A DNA stretch of 64,000 nucleotides, taken from sequence record OZ240615.1; one strand, given 5' to 3'. Shown here in pieces: positions 19,426 through 29,508 of this stretch. The position numbers and the translations under genes were made by a program. The stretch's first letter is position 1. Every line of letters begins with the position of its first letter. The notes beneath the pieces were generated by a model. It was not told where the DNA came from, did no database searches, and worked only from the letters and a program-made list of their open reading frames with translations.

Positions 19426-20967
19426 TTAGGGTTTAGCAATTACGGAGCGTGTGTTGATAAAGATAATGAATTCCGCTAACAACTGCTTAAAGTTAGGCGG
19501 TACCATCATCCCACGATCGCCGTCTTCAATCATGGTACTTTTCTCAGCAATGACGTCTACGATGTCGCGTTGCCAATAGTTGTTCGCAAATTCATTGTAG
19601 AAAGCGTTAACGGCGATTTCTCCTGGTGTCTTCAACGAAGCTTTAGAACGGGCTGTTCCTAAAGTCGTGTAACGACGATACGGATAGATCTCATTGAAAA
19701 CGTTTAATTGCTCCTCTTTAATTTGGCCAGCATTAAAGATGGTTTGAATCCGTCCCTTTTGCGTGGCGCCAATTAAATCTGCTAATACAGAAAACCCATT
19801 TTGATGCAGATAGACTTGAGCGATCGAAATCAGACCAATCGCACCTGTCCGATCAGTATGTGGTAACGCACGCGTGACGCTGTGTTGATGCAATGTCACC
19901 GCTACCAGCTTTAACTGACATTCAATTGGATTAAAGAACTTACGGGCGTTATTACGGGAAATGACGGATACTAATAAACCCCGGTCATAATCGTCACCTA
20001 AAATACGACTGGCTTTATTACGAAGTTCATGAGCCCAATAATCAAAGGCAATACGCTCGCCGTCAGATATACTTTCTCTGACTTTGTAGCTCTCAGCCGT
20101 AGAAAGATTATCTTCCTCTCCTCCGGAATCTTTAACCATCGTTTTTGGACGTACCTCATCTTTACCGCTACGCCCGCCATCACTCGGGAGCTGAGTTTTA
20201 ATCGCGCTCCACATCTTACTGATCAGATTAACAGTTTCAATCTGGTCATCATCGTCATTGTGACTGAGTTGAATCACGGATAAACGACTTACCACCAAAT
20301 ATGCCAGCATCCATTCCGGGATATCGGCAGAACCAATACCAAAAATAATGTTCTTCATACCGGGCGTGGTTCCTGCCACCACGGCATCAACGAATTCCCG
20401 AAAGCGCTCCATCGGTTGAGATTCCATAATCTCAGTCCGCCGCAATAACTGTAACGCATAAATTTCTTTATTCGATTCAGCCATTGCCGATTCCATCGCC
20501 AAAAACTCAGTCCATACCGGCACCATCGCTTTCAAGGCAATCGACATATACGTCAACTGTCGGTAGTCGGGTTCCAAATAAGTCTGTTCTGGCCGATCGT
20601 CTTCCAGTAATGTTGTTTTCAAATCGGGCGGTAGGCGAATATCCGAATAATGCCGCATCCAGTGCTCAATTAACGCTAACGGAATAAAACGATACAGTTC
20701 GATAACGTCTTCGTTCACAAGACGACTTGTAGTGTTGAACTCGTAGGCGTTATCGAGTTTATCCCGGATATTGCGATAAGCAAGGAAAATCTTTTCTTGA
20801 ACGTCTTCGTCCAAAAAGGCGAAAAAACGATTAATGTCACGAAACGTTGTTTCGTTCCACGATAATTTTTTCATCTCCCAGAACAAAACGTCGTACGACC
20901 CGTGACCCATGCAAAGTACACGTGTTTTTGTTCTTCCGCCTAAACTTTCATCAAAATAAAATTGCAT
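19426..20967 (-). CDS. nvRNAP promoter-specificity (sigma-like) subunit, phiKZ gp68-like
   Basis: 513 aa; core-block position; TYLEPDYRQL...LKAMVPVWTEF, ESYKVRE motifs. Confidence 0.8.
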   Translation of the reverse strand: MQFYFDESLGGRTKTRVLCMGHGSYDVLFWEMKKLSWNETTFRDINRFFAFLDEDVQEKIFLAYRNIRDKLDNAYEFNTTSRLVNEDVIELYRFIPLALIEHWMRHYSDIRLPPDLKTTLLEDDRPEQTYLEPDYRQLTYMSIALKAMVPVWTEFLAMESAMAESNKEIYALQLLRRTEIMESQPMERFREFVDAVVAGTTPGMKNIIFGIGSADIPEWMLAYLVVSRLSVIQLSHNDDDDQIETVNLISKMWSAIKTQLPSDGGRSGKDEVRPKTMVKDSGGEEDNLSTAESYKVRESISDGERIAFDYWAHELRNKASRILGDDYDRGLLVSVISRNNARKFFNPIECQLKLVAVTLHQHSVTRALPHTDRTGAIGLISIAQVYLHQNGFSVLADLIGATQKGRIQTIFNAGQIKEEQLNVFNEIYPYRRYTTLGTARSKASLKTPGEIAVNAFYNEFANNYWQRDIVDVIAEKSTMIEDGDRGMMVPPNFKQLLAEFIIFINTRSVIAKP

Positions 20968-21001
20968 TCGATTTTTCCTCGGTTGTACTGCCTTCAGTAA
21001 G

Positions 21002-21029
21002 GTGATATATACACGAAAACAAATGGAAC
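21002..21029 (-). promoter_or_regulatory. putative early promoter for gp68/PicA operon
   Basis: GTTCCA-N14-TATATCAC. Confidence 0.7.
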
Positions 21030-21069
21030 CGAGTGAGTCCGCGGACTCACTCGGGTAACCCTATTTTGT

Positions 21070-21873
21070 TTACCAAGGAACGTCGTTATCGAAGTCGCCT
21101 TGCGCTGCAGGCGCTGAGGCCGGAGCAGAAGCCCCGCTGTTGTTATTCCAGCTATTTTGTTGAGACTGCTGACCACCGCCGTTCCAGTTCCCGCCACCTT
21201 GACGTTTCGCAAAGTTTTGTTGGTTCTGTTGTTTGTTACGATCTTTCGCTTCCTGGAGTTCCTGATCGGACATGTAACCCGCTTTTAGCATAGAGTTGAC
21301 ATGATCCCACCAGATATCGGCGCGTGCGCGAGCGGAAAGTTCAGATACGTAACCGTTAGTAAGAACTTCACCGGACGCTAAACGCAACTGTGTCATCTTC
21401 GGCGGAACAAAATAGAACTTGATATTGTCCCGACCTTTCATACTGAGACCGATAAAGACACCTTCTTGGTCTTTACCGACAACCACCATCACTTCGGTCT
21501 CTGGGCGATCCAGTTTTTTACCGAACATGAAAGTCGACATACTTTCCAGTTTCATGATGTTATCGGGTAGGCGACCCAACGCCGCGTCCTCGATAGCCAT
21601 GGTGATCATTCTGAATTGACTGATGGTAGGGAAGAAATCGATTTTCCCTTCTCGTCCCTGTTTACGCAAGTTAACGCCCATTTTGATATCGCGGACTTTA
21701 ACGTGGTTACCGTCAACTTTGTGATAACGGAAATCGACAAAAAGAAACGGTTCTTTGCCATCGCTGCTTGCAGTAGCGGGTGCACTCAGCCGGCAATCCC
21801 AGGCATCCATTGCACGTAACGGACGACCAAGGTCAAAGTTGTTATTGTAAGCCATAGCTAGCCTTATTTTCAC
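21070..21873 (-). CDS. chmC: ChmC-like nucleus-associated nucleic-acid-binding protein (Whirly-type; phiKZ gp67 position)
   Basis: two genes upstream of PicA; beta-rich core plus Q/N/G-rich tail; likely start MAYNN at 21855. Confidence 0.7.
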   Translation of the reverse strand: MKIRLAMAYNNNFDLGRPLRAMDAWDCRLSAPATASSDGKEPFLFVDFRYHKVDGNHVKVRDIKMGVNLRKQGREGKIDFFPTISQFRMITMAIEDAALGRLPDNIMKLESMSTFMFGKKLDRPETEVMVVVGKDQEGVFIGLSMKGRDNIKFYFVPPKMTQLRLASGEVLTNGYVSELSARARADIWWDHVNSMLKAGYMSDQELQEAKDRNKQQNQQNFAKRQGGGNWNGGGQQSQQNSWNNNSGASAPASAPAAQGDFDNDVPW

Positions 21874-21925
21874 GGTTAAGAAAAGGGTTATCGTATTAAC
21901 TGTCTGACGCGTAAAAACCGAGTCT

Positions 21926-22786
21926 TCAGAGCAGTCGTTTCAAATGCTCAGCGGTGTAACGGTCGCTCATCCAACCCAGATTTAGTTTGATTTTGTCTGT
22001 GGTGGTCATTGTGGTCCATTTAAACCGTTCTGCCAGTTCAAGGACTGCTTCACGAACAGCTTTGGGGTAACGCATAAAAAGAATGTTTCGATCTCCAAAG
22101 ACCTGAATGGTGAATTCGTTGAAAGGTATCCGTGGATAGAGTTTCCCGTCTGTCAGTTTAGTGTTCCATTGACTCTTCGATTTAATTGCACCGGAGTAGG
22201 ATTCGATCAATCGAAGTTGGGTGAACGCGGTGCGCGAGAGTAGATCAACGGGGTAATGCGTGAGAATTAAAGCTTTCACAGGTTCGCCTTTTAATTGGGA
22301 ACCTTTATCGAAGTCTAAATACTGACCAATCGGCCTGCGAAGTACCTCATCAATTACATTGTCCATGAGAAAATGATATGTCTTTTGTAACGGAGTTTTA
22401 GGTGTAAATAGAATAGCACCAGGGAAACGCCGTAAGAGATCTCCGTACTCTCGATGGTACAGTGTAACTTTGTCCAATTTCCCTTGTCCATATTGCAGGA
22501 TTTGTTGAAGTTCTTCCTCGAGGGTATCAGCAAATCCCACAACAGTTTCTCGCATAGTTCGGTTACTTTTATCTTGCCCTAACGCCGAGACTAATGCCTT
22601 TCGGTCTTCTCCGTCCAAAGCGTCGTAAATATTACGATACAATGTACGAGTGTTTATCCAGAGCCCGCCATAGCGTTTATTAGGCTCCAGCGTTTCCATG
22701 GCCAAGCTGGTACCGATGCTGAGCGGGAGTTCCCCTACCGCTCTGCGGGCAAGGATATCATAGACGTTCATGGCAAATTCCCTCAA
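21926..22786 (-). CDS. conserved core protein (phiKZ gp66 position)
   Basis: PLSIGTSLA, WINTRTLYRN, LTHYPVDLL, QVFGD motifs; synteny. Confidence 0.75.
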   Translation of the reverse strand: MREFAMNVYDILARRAVGELPLSIGTSLAMETLEPNKRYGGLWINTRTLYRNIYDALDGEDRKALVSALGQDKSNRTMRETVVGFADTLEEELQQILQYGQGKLDKVTLYHREYGDLLRRFPGAILFTPKTPLQKTYHFLMDNVIDEVLRRPIGQYLDFDKGSQLKGEPVKALILTHYPVDLLSRTAFTQLRLIESYSGAIKSKSQWNTKLTDGKLYPRIPFNEFTIQVFGDRNILFMRYPKAVREAVLELAERFKWTTMTTTDKIKLNLGWMSDRYTAEHLKRLL

Positions 22787-23010
22787 TTAGGGTCAAGTTT
22801 ATTTTTCCGATGTTCGACGATCTCATTAATAATCGCAAGTGTAGTGCGCGAAATGAGAACGATGAAAAAGGCCACTGTAGTGTGCAGTGTAACGTTGTAA
22901 GGACCCGTGTGCAGGAGACTCGCAAAACTGGCCAGAAACCACAGCCCGAACCAAATTATGGAAAAACGAATTATCTCTACCGCGATACCCTCAGCCGATT
23001 TTTGTAACAT
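22783..23010 (-). CDS. small two-TM membrane protein
   Basis: two hydrophobic helices and basic C-terminus; coupled to both neighbours. Confidence 0.65.
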   Translation of the reverse strand: MLQKSAEGIAVEIIRFSIIWFGLWFLASFASLLHTGPYNVTLHTTVAFFIVLISRTTLAIINEIVEHRKNKLDPN

Positions 23011-23012
23011 GA

Positions 23013-24134
23013 TTACTCCTCAATCAAGTCTTGTAAAAGTCGTAATGCGTGGTCAATTTTCTCTGATGGGATTTGTTCATTTTCCCAACGTTGTTTGAAT
23101 AACGGGCTGACGCTCGACGGTGTCAATGCAGTAAACTCATAGCGCTTTTGAGTAAAAGTACTACCCGTCGTAGTCGCGGTTTTCTTCCCTCGCCGTATCT
23201 CGGAAAGCTCTAACGCAGGGAATGTCGACTTAAGAATTTCCATCCACGGTAATACCGGGTCATCCGCCATAAATTCAATGCGTAAGGCCGACCCTTCAAC
23301 CAGATCGGTTTGTTGGTCAATAAGGTCGATTATTTCCGGGAAATCCAACCCTATGGCAGAAATAGTCCGATAAATTTTAGCCTTCGTATTAATTTTTCTT
23401 TTGAAATTAATTTCTTTTCCATTCAGAAACGTAATTTCAATAACACCCTTTGGCTCCTCTTCTCCGTGCCCTAATCGGTTAAGAGATCCTACCGAAATCC
23501 ATTTCATAAATCGGCTGTGATTGTGGATATGGCCGGATAGAATAGCCAGCGAGACCAAATCGCTCCATTTAGCAGCATCGTGTAATGCAGGAGAATGTAT
23601 CCCAGGTAATTGATAGCTGCATCCGCCATGTACAATTGCAATATCGACCTTTTCCATCCCTCTGGAGTGAATAAGATCTTTAACTTGTTGATAAGTTAAT
23701 TCTGCATTATGCGTCCATTCATCCGGGAGATAGAGAATGTTTATATCCCATTCCTCTAGATACTCAATGCTTAACGCATCGATATATTTCAACTTACACT
23801 CAATCCCTTCTCCGGTGTTAATAAAATCAAAGATTTGACTTTGCTTTCTATCATGGAGGTTCGTCCCTTCCAATACCCGCAACAAAATGTCCCACTTTTT
23901 ACAGTAACGAAGAAGATGTCGCGCGCCTTCCATGGCGTAGTAAATGTCAGGGTCATTGAAACTTACTAAGTGATCGAAGTAATCACCGGAGACGGTGAGA
24001 ATATCTAATTCTGGTTTTTCTTCCATGGGGTAGAGCCTACGGATGTCCGCTAACATCCGTGGTGATTTGGTTCGTTTATGGAAGAAGTGAATGTCGCTGA
24101 TGGCACCAATTGTGAGCTTTTTATCAGTAATCAT
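23013..24134 (-). CDS. Mre11/SbcD-like metallophosphoesterase nuclease
   Basis: SDIHF, GDYFD, GTNLHD, VHGG, GHIH motifs. Confidence 0.92.
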   Translation of the reverse strand: MITDKKLTIGAISDIHFFHKRTKSPRMLADIRRLYPMEEKPELDILTVSGDYFDHLVSFNDPDIYYAMEGARHLLRYCKKWDILLRVLEGTNLHDRKQSQIFDFINTGEGIECKLKYIDALSIEYLEEWDINILYLPDEWTHNAELTYQQVKDLIHSRGMEKVDIAIVHGGCSYQLPGIHSPALHDAAKWSDLVSLAILSGHIHNHSRFMKWISVGSLNRLGHGEEEPKGVIEITFLNGKEINFKRKINTKAKIYRTISAIGLDFPEIIDLIDQQTDLVEGSALRIEFMADDPVLPWMEILKSTFPALELSEIRRGKKTATTTGSTFTQKRYEFTALTPSSVSPLFKQRWENEQIPSEKIDHALRLLQDLIEE

Positions 24135-24681
24135 ATTCGTCCGGTTGAATTAGAGAAGTCGTTGTAGTTGTACTGGCTCCTCCCGGAATAGGTTCAATTG
24201 ACGTTTGCCCAGGGTAAGGATAGCCGCAATGGACGCGTATTTCATGTAAGCGTCGCTGCCACATTTCTTTGTCGATGGTATCCAGAGTCAAAGAGGCGTA
24301 AATCTTTTCACTCATTGCCTCCCCTTGTTTCCGTAAACGGTTTGTGATCGTTTTTATTTCCATGGTAATGGAGAATAACGAATGTTCGCCGCCAGAATAT
24401 TTAGGCTGAAAATCACCCAGAATAGGCGGGAAAATCCAGTTGATCACCCCTTCTGCATTATAGATAAAAACGGGCTTATTTCTTCCGAACGCGATGAGAC
24501 GTTCCCAGTCGTCTAACGCTTGTTGTTGTACGCTCGCTTCGGTATTAAAAAAGCGCGGAGCCCAGTTTGTCTCAAATTCTTTCATGCTTATTTTGCTCAG
24601 CATATCTGCGGAGTAGTTGATAACGTCGTTGAGATCTCGGGTTAAATCAACTTTAGTTAATTCAGGCGTTTTTTCAGTCAT
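24124..24681 (-). CDS. conserved hypothetical core protein
   Basis: overlapping start/stop in core block; FPPILG motif. Confidence 0.7.
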   Translation of the reverse strand: MTEKTPELTKVDLTRDLNDVINYSADMLSKISMKEFETNWAPRFFNTEASVQQQALDDWERLIAFGRNKPVFIYNAEGVINWIFPPILGDFQPKYSGGEHSLFSITMEIKTITNRLRKQGEAMSEKIYASLTLDTIDKEMWQRRLHEIRVHCGYPYPGQTSIEPIPGGASTTTTTSLIQPDEYDY

Positions 24682-25072
24682 TGTCTAAAATCCCCAACAC
24701 CGCTTTAATGACACCGTTGTAGTATTCGATAATACGAGAGAAGTCATAGCTTTTCCCGTCACGTGTAAATCTAACTTTGAAGATCACCCCAAAGGTATCT
24801 TTTGTCTCGTCTATCTCTGGCGTGACTAACACTTTGACGTCTGAAAAATGGGTACTGAACAATGTAGTATATTTCTCGGTCATTTCAGTACAAAGTGCAT
24901 TTGGGTCTTCAGAGTACAATTGAATCATTGCGTCGAGTGAAACGATTTGTCCGTTGTAAATATCCGATTGACTAGACTTTGCCCAAATACTAGACGCGAA
25001 CAATTCGTCAGCGATGACATAAGGGTTTTTTGTGTATCCGTGCCCATTTAAACTTGGATGTACTGTAGCCAT
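24674..25072 (-). CDS. conserved hypothetical protein (possible gp25-like baseplate wedge fold)
   Basis: SQSDIYNGQIVSL motif with C-terminal beta-sheet pattern; fold is a guess. Confidence 0.6.
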   Translation of the reverse strand: MATVHPSLNGHGYTKNPYVIADELFASSIWAKSSQSDIYNGQIVSLDAMIQLYSEDPNALCTEMTEKYTTLFSTHFSDVKVLVTPEIDETKDTFGVIFKVRFTRDGKSYDFSRIIEYYNGVIKAVLGILDND

Positions 25073-25122
25073 GGTGGTTATTCTCGCTATTTAGGGTCTA
25101 CAGAAATACAGAATAAATACAA

Positions 25123-25156
25123 AAAAGAAAAGGGCACACAATGGCCCTTTTCTTTT
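25123..25156 (-). terminator. intrinsic terminator
   Basis: aaaagaaaagggc-N8-gcccttttctttt. Confidence 0.75.
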
Positions 25157-25164
25157 ATTTTACT

Positions 25165-25785
25165 TTACAGCTTCTCACCTAAAGGATTGAATGGGTCAAT
25201 TCCTTCATCAATGGTGTCGTTGATAACGTCAAAGGTCGCAATCAATTCCATTTGCTGCTCCATAGTGAGATGTTCCTCTCCCTCTACGTCACAGGCGCCA
25301 TAAACGTATTCGCTCCACCATTCACCTTTCTCATTCTTTTCAGCTACGCCGTTTCGGATTGCTGTCCAGTAAGGATCAGGAGTACCTGGGTCGTTAAACA
25401 CAAATGCATCGCGTTTAGCTCCCCACGCATGAGTAGACTGACGATTCCAAAGAGATCGTGTACGTGGACTGCTCAGTAACCAACGACGCATGGCCATAGG
25501 CGCCGTTGCCACTTCTTCCGCAGAATCCAAGAACTGAATCACGTTATCGCGATACAAACCGCGTTTACTCCGATTCAATCTTTTCAGCTGGGTACGTACA
25601 GTGTCGTCGTATAACGACGAAATCATCGTTTTCGCTGAATTCAACATCCCTTTCGCACGATCAGACAGATTAGAACTGAATCGTTCCAATCTTTCGTAGG
25701 ACCGCTGGATATCTTCCCTGTCAGGTATTCCGAAAGCTGCAGCTCGAAAGACGGACTCTCCGCCGTCGATGATTGCTATTTTCAA
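25165..25785 (-). CDS. conserved core protein (phiKZ gp59/Imp3 position)
   Basis: immediately downstream of gp55-like gene; APMAMRRWLL...DPFN end; assignment by synteny. Confidence 0.6.
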   Translation of the reverse strand: MKIAIIDGGESVFRAAAFGIPDREDIQRSYERLERFSSNLSDRAKGMLNSAKTMISSLYDDTVRTQLKRLNRSKRGLYRDNVIQFLDSAEEVATAPMAMRRWLLSSPRTRSLWNRQSTHAWGAKRDAFVFNDPGTPDPYWTAIRNGVAEKNEKGEWWSEYVYGACDVEGEEHLTMEQQMELIATFDVINDTIDEGIDPFNPLGEKL

Positions 25786-27236
25786 TGGTGTCTCCCGTAT
25801 AAGAAATTGTTAATCGTGGAACGCACCGGTTTTCCGATTTCCATGTTGTTATTCAAACTCAGAGGTTTATTGAGATCGAAAGTTCCCGTATGCGGAGAAA
25901 GCTTACGTATAGCAATAAAGTCCTCACGTGAAAGAATAGGCATCCCGGCCAACTGATCCCCGTCGAAGTCACAGTTAGGAGCCTTAAGAATCAACAGACT
26001 AAGGCCGATTGTGTTATCGTGTGGATCTGTTTTGAACTTTGTTACAAACAGAGATTGAACCGAACGAAGGTTCAATGTCGGGTTACGGCCCAGGATTTGT
26101 GGTAGGCCACGTTTACCCTGAAGCGTCGTGTATGGCGACCGTTCGATTAAACGATTGAGCATATCGTGCATATATGGATCATACTGCCCGACACAGTCAA
26201 TGATAAAGCGCTCGCTTTGCGCCAGAGTTAAACCGTCCCGCATCAACATACCGAGTAAGTGCGTGTGATACAAGGTTACACCCATACCCCACGGCATGTG
26301 CATTTCCTCATAATCGTGAGCACCTGACAAAGAACTTACTACACCACGATAAGTGGGGCCGGTACGCGAACCGAAGATTTGCTTACGATACCACCCTGGC
26401 TTCGATCCCAAAACATTTTTGTCAACAAATTCACGATACGCAATCAACATAGTCAGTGCTTTGAATGTGTTGTGCTCTCGTGTATTTTGATAACGCGGTT
26501 CTTCTTTTCCCACCAAACCATAAATCGCTCTGGCTGCATCAATAACGTTGACATAGCCTTCCGCGCAAAAACGCGTTTTGTTAGAAAGTTCAGTGATAAT
26601 ACTACGCCGTGAGGGTAACGGCAGGTATTGCGAGAACAGCAAATGTCTGTTGTTTCGCATGAAATCATAAACTTCCGTACGCTTTTGGTCTGGTTTGAAA
26701 ACCGGCGCCGTCATCAACGTTTCCAGTATCGCATCGAAGTTATCAATGAAATGGTTATACCCACGGGGAATTTCCAGTTTCTTGAATCGTTCGTAGATAA
26801 CGCTATTGCGGTTCTTTGGTTCGTAACGCGTATTACAAAGCCATTCGATAGCGCTGAAGTCATCTTGCTTAAAAGCGCGTATCAGCATATCGAGAGCATT
26901 AATACGCATAAATGCTCTGACCCCGTATGGGACGCGTATCCATACGCTTGATTCAAACCCGCGATCAATCGGCGACATAACCTCGGTGTCACAATGTGGA
27001 CAAACCGTGTTGGGGGTGTCAGGTTGCGTAGAGGTGTTATACCGACCAGTGGTCATCCCGCATTCGCAGGACGGTAGTGTATCAATGACGTCCCCTTCGT
27101 ACTCCGTCATGGTAAGTTCCCTGACGGGGTCAATCAATTCATACTCATCCGACCGGATTTCATTGAGAATAATCGGCGGGCGTTTAAGCCGTTGGATATC
27201 TCTGTCGTAGTCAGGTAACGCGTAATAAATGCCCAT
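25782..27236 (-). CDS. non-virion RNA polymerase beta-prime N-terminal (catalytic) subunit, phiKZ gp55-like
   Basis: Zn finger CECG...CPHC, GWYRKQIFGSR, GRNPTL, catalytic NCDFDGD. Confidence 0.93.
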   Translation of the reverse strand: MGIYYALPDYDRDIQRLKRPPIILNEIRSDEYELIDPVRELTMTEYEGDVIDTLPSCECGMTTGRYNTSTQPDTPNTVCPHCDTEVMSPIDRGFESSVWIRVPYGVRAFMRINALDMLIRAFKQDDFSAIEWLCNTRYEPKNRNSVIYERFKKLEIPRGYNHFIDNFDAILETLMTAPVFKPDQKRTEVYDFMRNNRHLLFSQYLPLPSRRSIITELSNKTRFCAEGYVNVIDAARAIYGLVGKEEPRYQNTREHNTFKALTMLIAYREFVDKNVLGSKPGWYRKQIFGSRTGPTYRGVVSSLSGAHDYEEMHMPWGMGVTLYHTHLLGMLMRDGLTLAQSERFIIDCVGQYDPYMHDMLNRLIERSPYTTLQGKRGLPQILGRNPTLNLRSVQSLFVTKFKTDPHDNTIGLSLLILKAPNCDFDGDQLAGMPILSREDFIAIRKLSPHTGTFDLNKPLSLNNNMEIGKPVRSTINNFLYGRHH

Positions 27237-27267
27237 AAATCCCCTCTAAGCATTAAACTCAAGACAA

Positions 27268-27297
27268 AAAAAGAAAGGACCGAAGCCCTTTCTTTTT
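27268..27297 (-). terminator. chimallin terminator
   Basis: minus strand AAAAAGAAAGGG-CUUCGG-UCCUUUCUUUUUUUU. Confidence 0.85.
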
Positions 27298-27320
27298 ATT
27301 TATATCACCGTACTACTTGA

Positions 27321-29222
27321 TTAACGGCCGAAACCGTAAGAAGCGCGAGAACGCGAACGGAAACCACCGCCGTCGTAACCGTTAGACTCGTAGCGGGAAG
27401 TGTAACCACGACGAGACGTACGGTTGTCCTGAGAGATACCATCGGCGGTTACGACCATACCAGCTTCGGACAGTGCGCGGGTCAGACCAAACAGCCAGTT
27501 GGCGTTCAGTTCAATCACGTCAGCACGGTCAGTGATCTGGTATTGACCACCGGTGTAGTCTTCGATGATTTTCTCGATCTGGTCCATACGGACAGCCAGA
27601 TCAATGCCATCATCGTTCAGGCAGCGGTCGAAGTCGGCGACAACCTGCGGGGATTTCAGGCCGAAGTTGGTCAGGATTTCGTAGTAGCCGATTTCACGCA
27701 GGTCGCGCTTATGACCCTGTTCGTCAACCCAGGTACCGAGCATTTGCGGCATTTCGCGGATGATACCGACGTCGTACAGATCGTTGGTGTTCATGATCGC
27801 AGAGAAGCGCTTACCGGACACGTTATCTGCCGCATCGATCAGAAGATCGACCGCGTCTTTACGGTTCGGGTTGCTCATGTCGCAGGCATCCAGCAGCAGG
27901 TTCAGCATCGGCGTTACGATAGAGGTGCGCGGCACCTGAATCTGAACGATTTGGCTGTTTTCGCGGATGACGTTAGACACCAGATCGGCCCACTGGCTGT
28001 CGCTCAGAACTTCCGGTAATTTATCGAACTCGCCTTTCAGTTCGTAGGTCAGCGCATCCGCAGTACGGAGCGCGCCTTTACCGGCGATCGGACGAAGACC
28101 CTGAATCAGTACCGGCTCAGTCATCAGTGCAGAGACCTGCGCCAGAGAGAACATCAGGTATTCCGGGATCGGGTGACATTTCAGCTCGCTGATAACCAGA
28201 GCGGCGCCATAGATACGGGTATCTTGGTCTTCCGGTTTTTTGCTACGGGAAGTGAAGAAGCTGTTGCTCGGCTCTTCTTCGCCTTTGTAGTACAGATCGA
28301 CATGGCTAACAATGCCCGCCAGCTGAGTGGACTCACGCTCAGAAAGAACGTTAACCATACCGCCACGACGTTCGTCACGCGGAGCGACCATCAGATCAAC
28401 GACGATATCTGCGCGGTGCGGCAGGTCAGTGATGTCGTCAGCGATGTCGCCCTGGTGGAACGCGATGTTCGCCAGCAGATCGTTGTTTTTCAGGTCCAGC
28501 GCCGCGATGCTGAATTCGTTCGTGTTCAGCAGGCCGTTAACCGTATAGATGATCTGGTTGAATACCGCGCTGGCGATAGTTTCCAGTTCACTGTCGGTCG
28601 GTTTATCGTTCAGGATCGGAGAAGCAGCCAGATGCTGTACCGGACCTTTGAACGCCGGGTTGGACGCTTCGATCAGTGCGTCGAGAGAGTCTTTGTAACC
28701 CTCAGCTTCGTACTGGTCGTTTGCCGTAGTGGTGTAACGCACGGTCAGATCGCGGCTAACGGTTACGGCCTGTTTCGGCATGACGGTATTGCCAACGAAG
28801 ATTACGGTAGAAGCGAACACTTCACCGGTATCTTTCATGCGCGCCGCAATAACAGCCGCATCCAGTTTCATCTGGGTTTCTTTGCCGATGGCCGGGGTTA
28901 CGGTCCATTCTACCGCGCCGTTCAGGCTCAGGGCGGCGGCGTGTTGTTTCTGAATTTCTTTCGCCAGTTCGACGAATTTTGCTACGTCGCCTGCCGCAGA
29001 ATTGAGAGACAGTACCGGCGCATCTTTACGGAAGTTATAAGTAGAATTCACTTTTCTCTCCTGAGTGTTGGAAGAATCTTGGTTGGTGGTAGAACGGTTA
29101 TAAGTACGGCGACGCTGATTCTGATCGCTACCGGCAGATTCGTTACCTGCGGTGTTACGCGCTTCAGCTGCTTCAACAACGGTGTCTTTTTCTTGGTTGT
29201 GATCGTCATCACGTAAAGCCAT
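27321..29222 (-). CDS. chmA: chimallin, phage nuclear shell protein
   Basis: 633 aa, LPHRADIVVDL motif, disordered termini, strong high-expression codon bias, upstream of gp55-like gene. Confidence 0.9.
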   Translation of the reverse strand: MALRDDDHNQEKDTVVEAAEARNTAGNESAGSDQNQRRRTYNRSTTNQDSSNTQERKVNSTYNFRKDAPVLSLNSAAGDVAKFVELAKEIQKQHAAALSLNGAVEWTVTPAIGKETQMKLDAAVIAARMKDTGEVFASTVIFVGNTVMPKQAVTVSRDLTVRYTTTANDQYEAEGYKDSLDALIEASNPAFKGPVQHLAASPILNDKPTDSELETIASAVFNQIIYTVNGLLNTNEFSIAALDLKNNDLLANIAFHQGDIADDITDLPHRADIVVDLMVAPRDERRGGMVNVLSERESTQLAGIVSHVDLYYKGEEEPSNSFFTSRSKKPEDQDTRIYGAALVISELKCHPIPEYLMFSLAQVSALMTEPVLIQGLRPIAGKGALRTADALTYELKGEFDKLPEVLSDSQWADLVSNVIRENSQIVQIQVPRTSIVTPMLNLLLDACDMSNPNRKDAVDLLIDAADNVSGKRFSAIMNTNDLYDVGIIREMPQMLGTWVDEQGHKRDLREIGYYEILTNFGLKSPQVVADFDRCLNDDGIDLAVRMDQIEKIIEDYTGGQYQITDRADVIELNANWLFGLTRALSEAGMVVTADGISQDNRTSRRGYTSRYESNGYDGGGFRSRSRASYGFGR

Positions 29223-29295
29223 CTTTAATTCTCCTAGGAGTTTAAATCAATTATAATCGCGATTTCCGAAGATACTCATTATCTTCTTCATTATA

Positions 29296-29323
29296 GTGAT
29301 ATAGACGTTAAAAAAGTTTGAAA
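29296..29323 (-). promoter_or_regulatory. putative early promoter of chmA
   Basis: TTTCAA-N14-TATATCAC. Confidence 0.75.
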
Positions 29324-29508
29324 TGGGTTATTTTATCATTGAAGATATAATAAGCCCTTCTTAGCAGAGAGTTCTGTTGAATAATCAACAATAACTTTCT
29401 ACATATAATAGATTACTACGCCCAGTTGGGCTGTTCCTTCGTTATGAAGGATTTCTTTCATAGTATAGACTACTAACCTAAAAAAAGATTTTATACCGGA
29501 GAACGTCA

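Noticed and set aside
11529-27236. Group I introns, HNH endonucleases or inteins in RNAP genes
   Set aside because: ORFs are continuous and of expected size; no HNH or intein motifs seen
27543-29216. Long plus-strand ORFs (158 and 347 aa) antisense to chmA
   Set aside because: Shadow ORFs from strong RNY codon bias of a highly expressed gene; no SD or recognisable motifs
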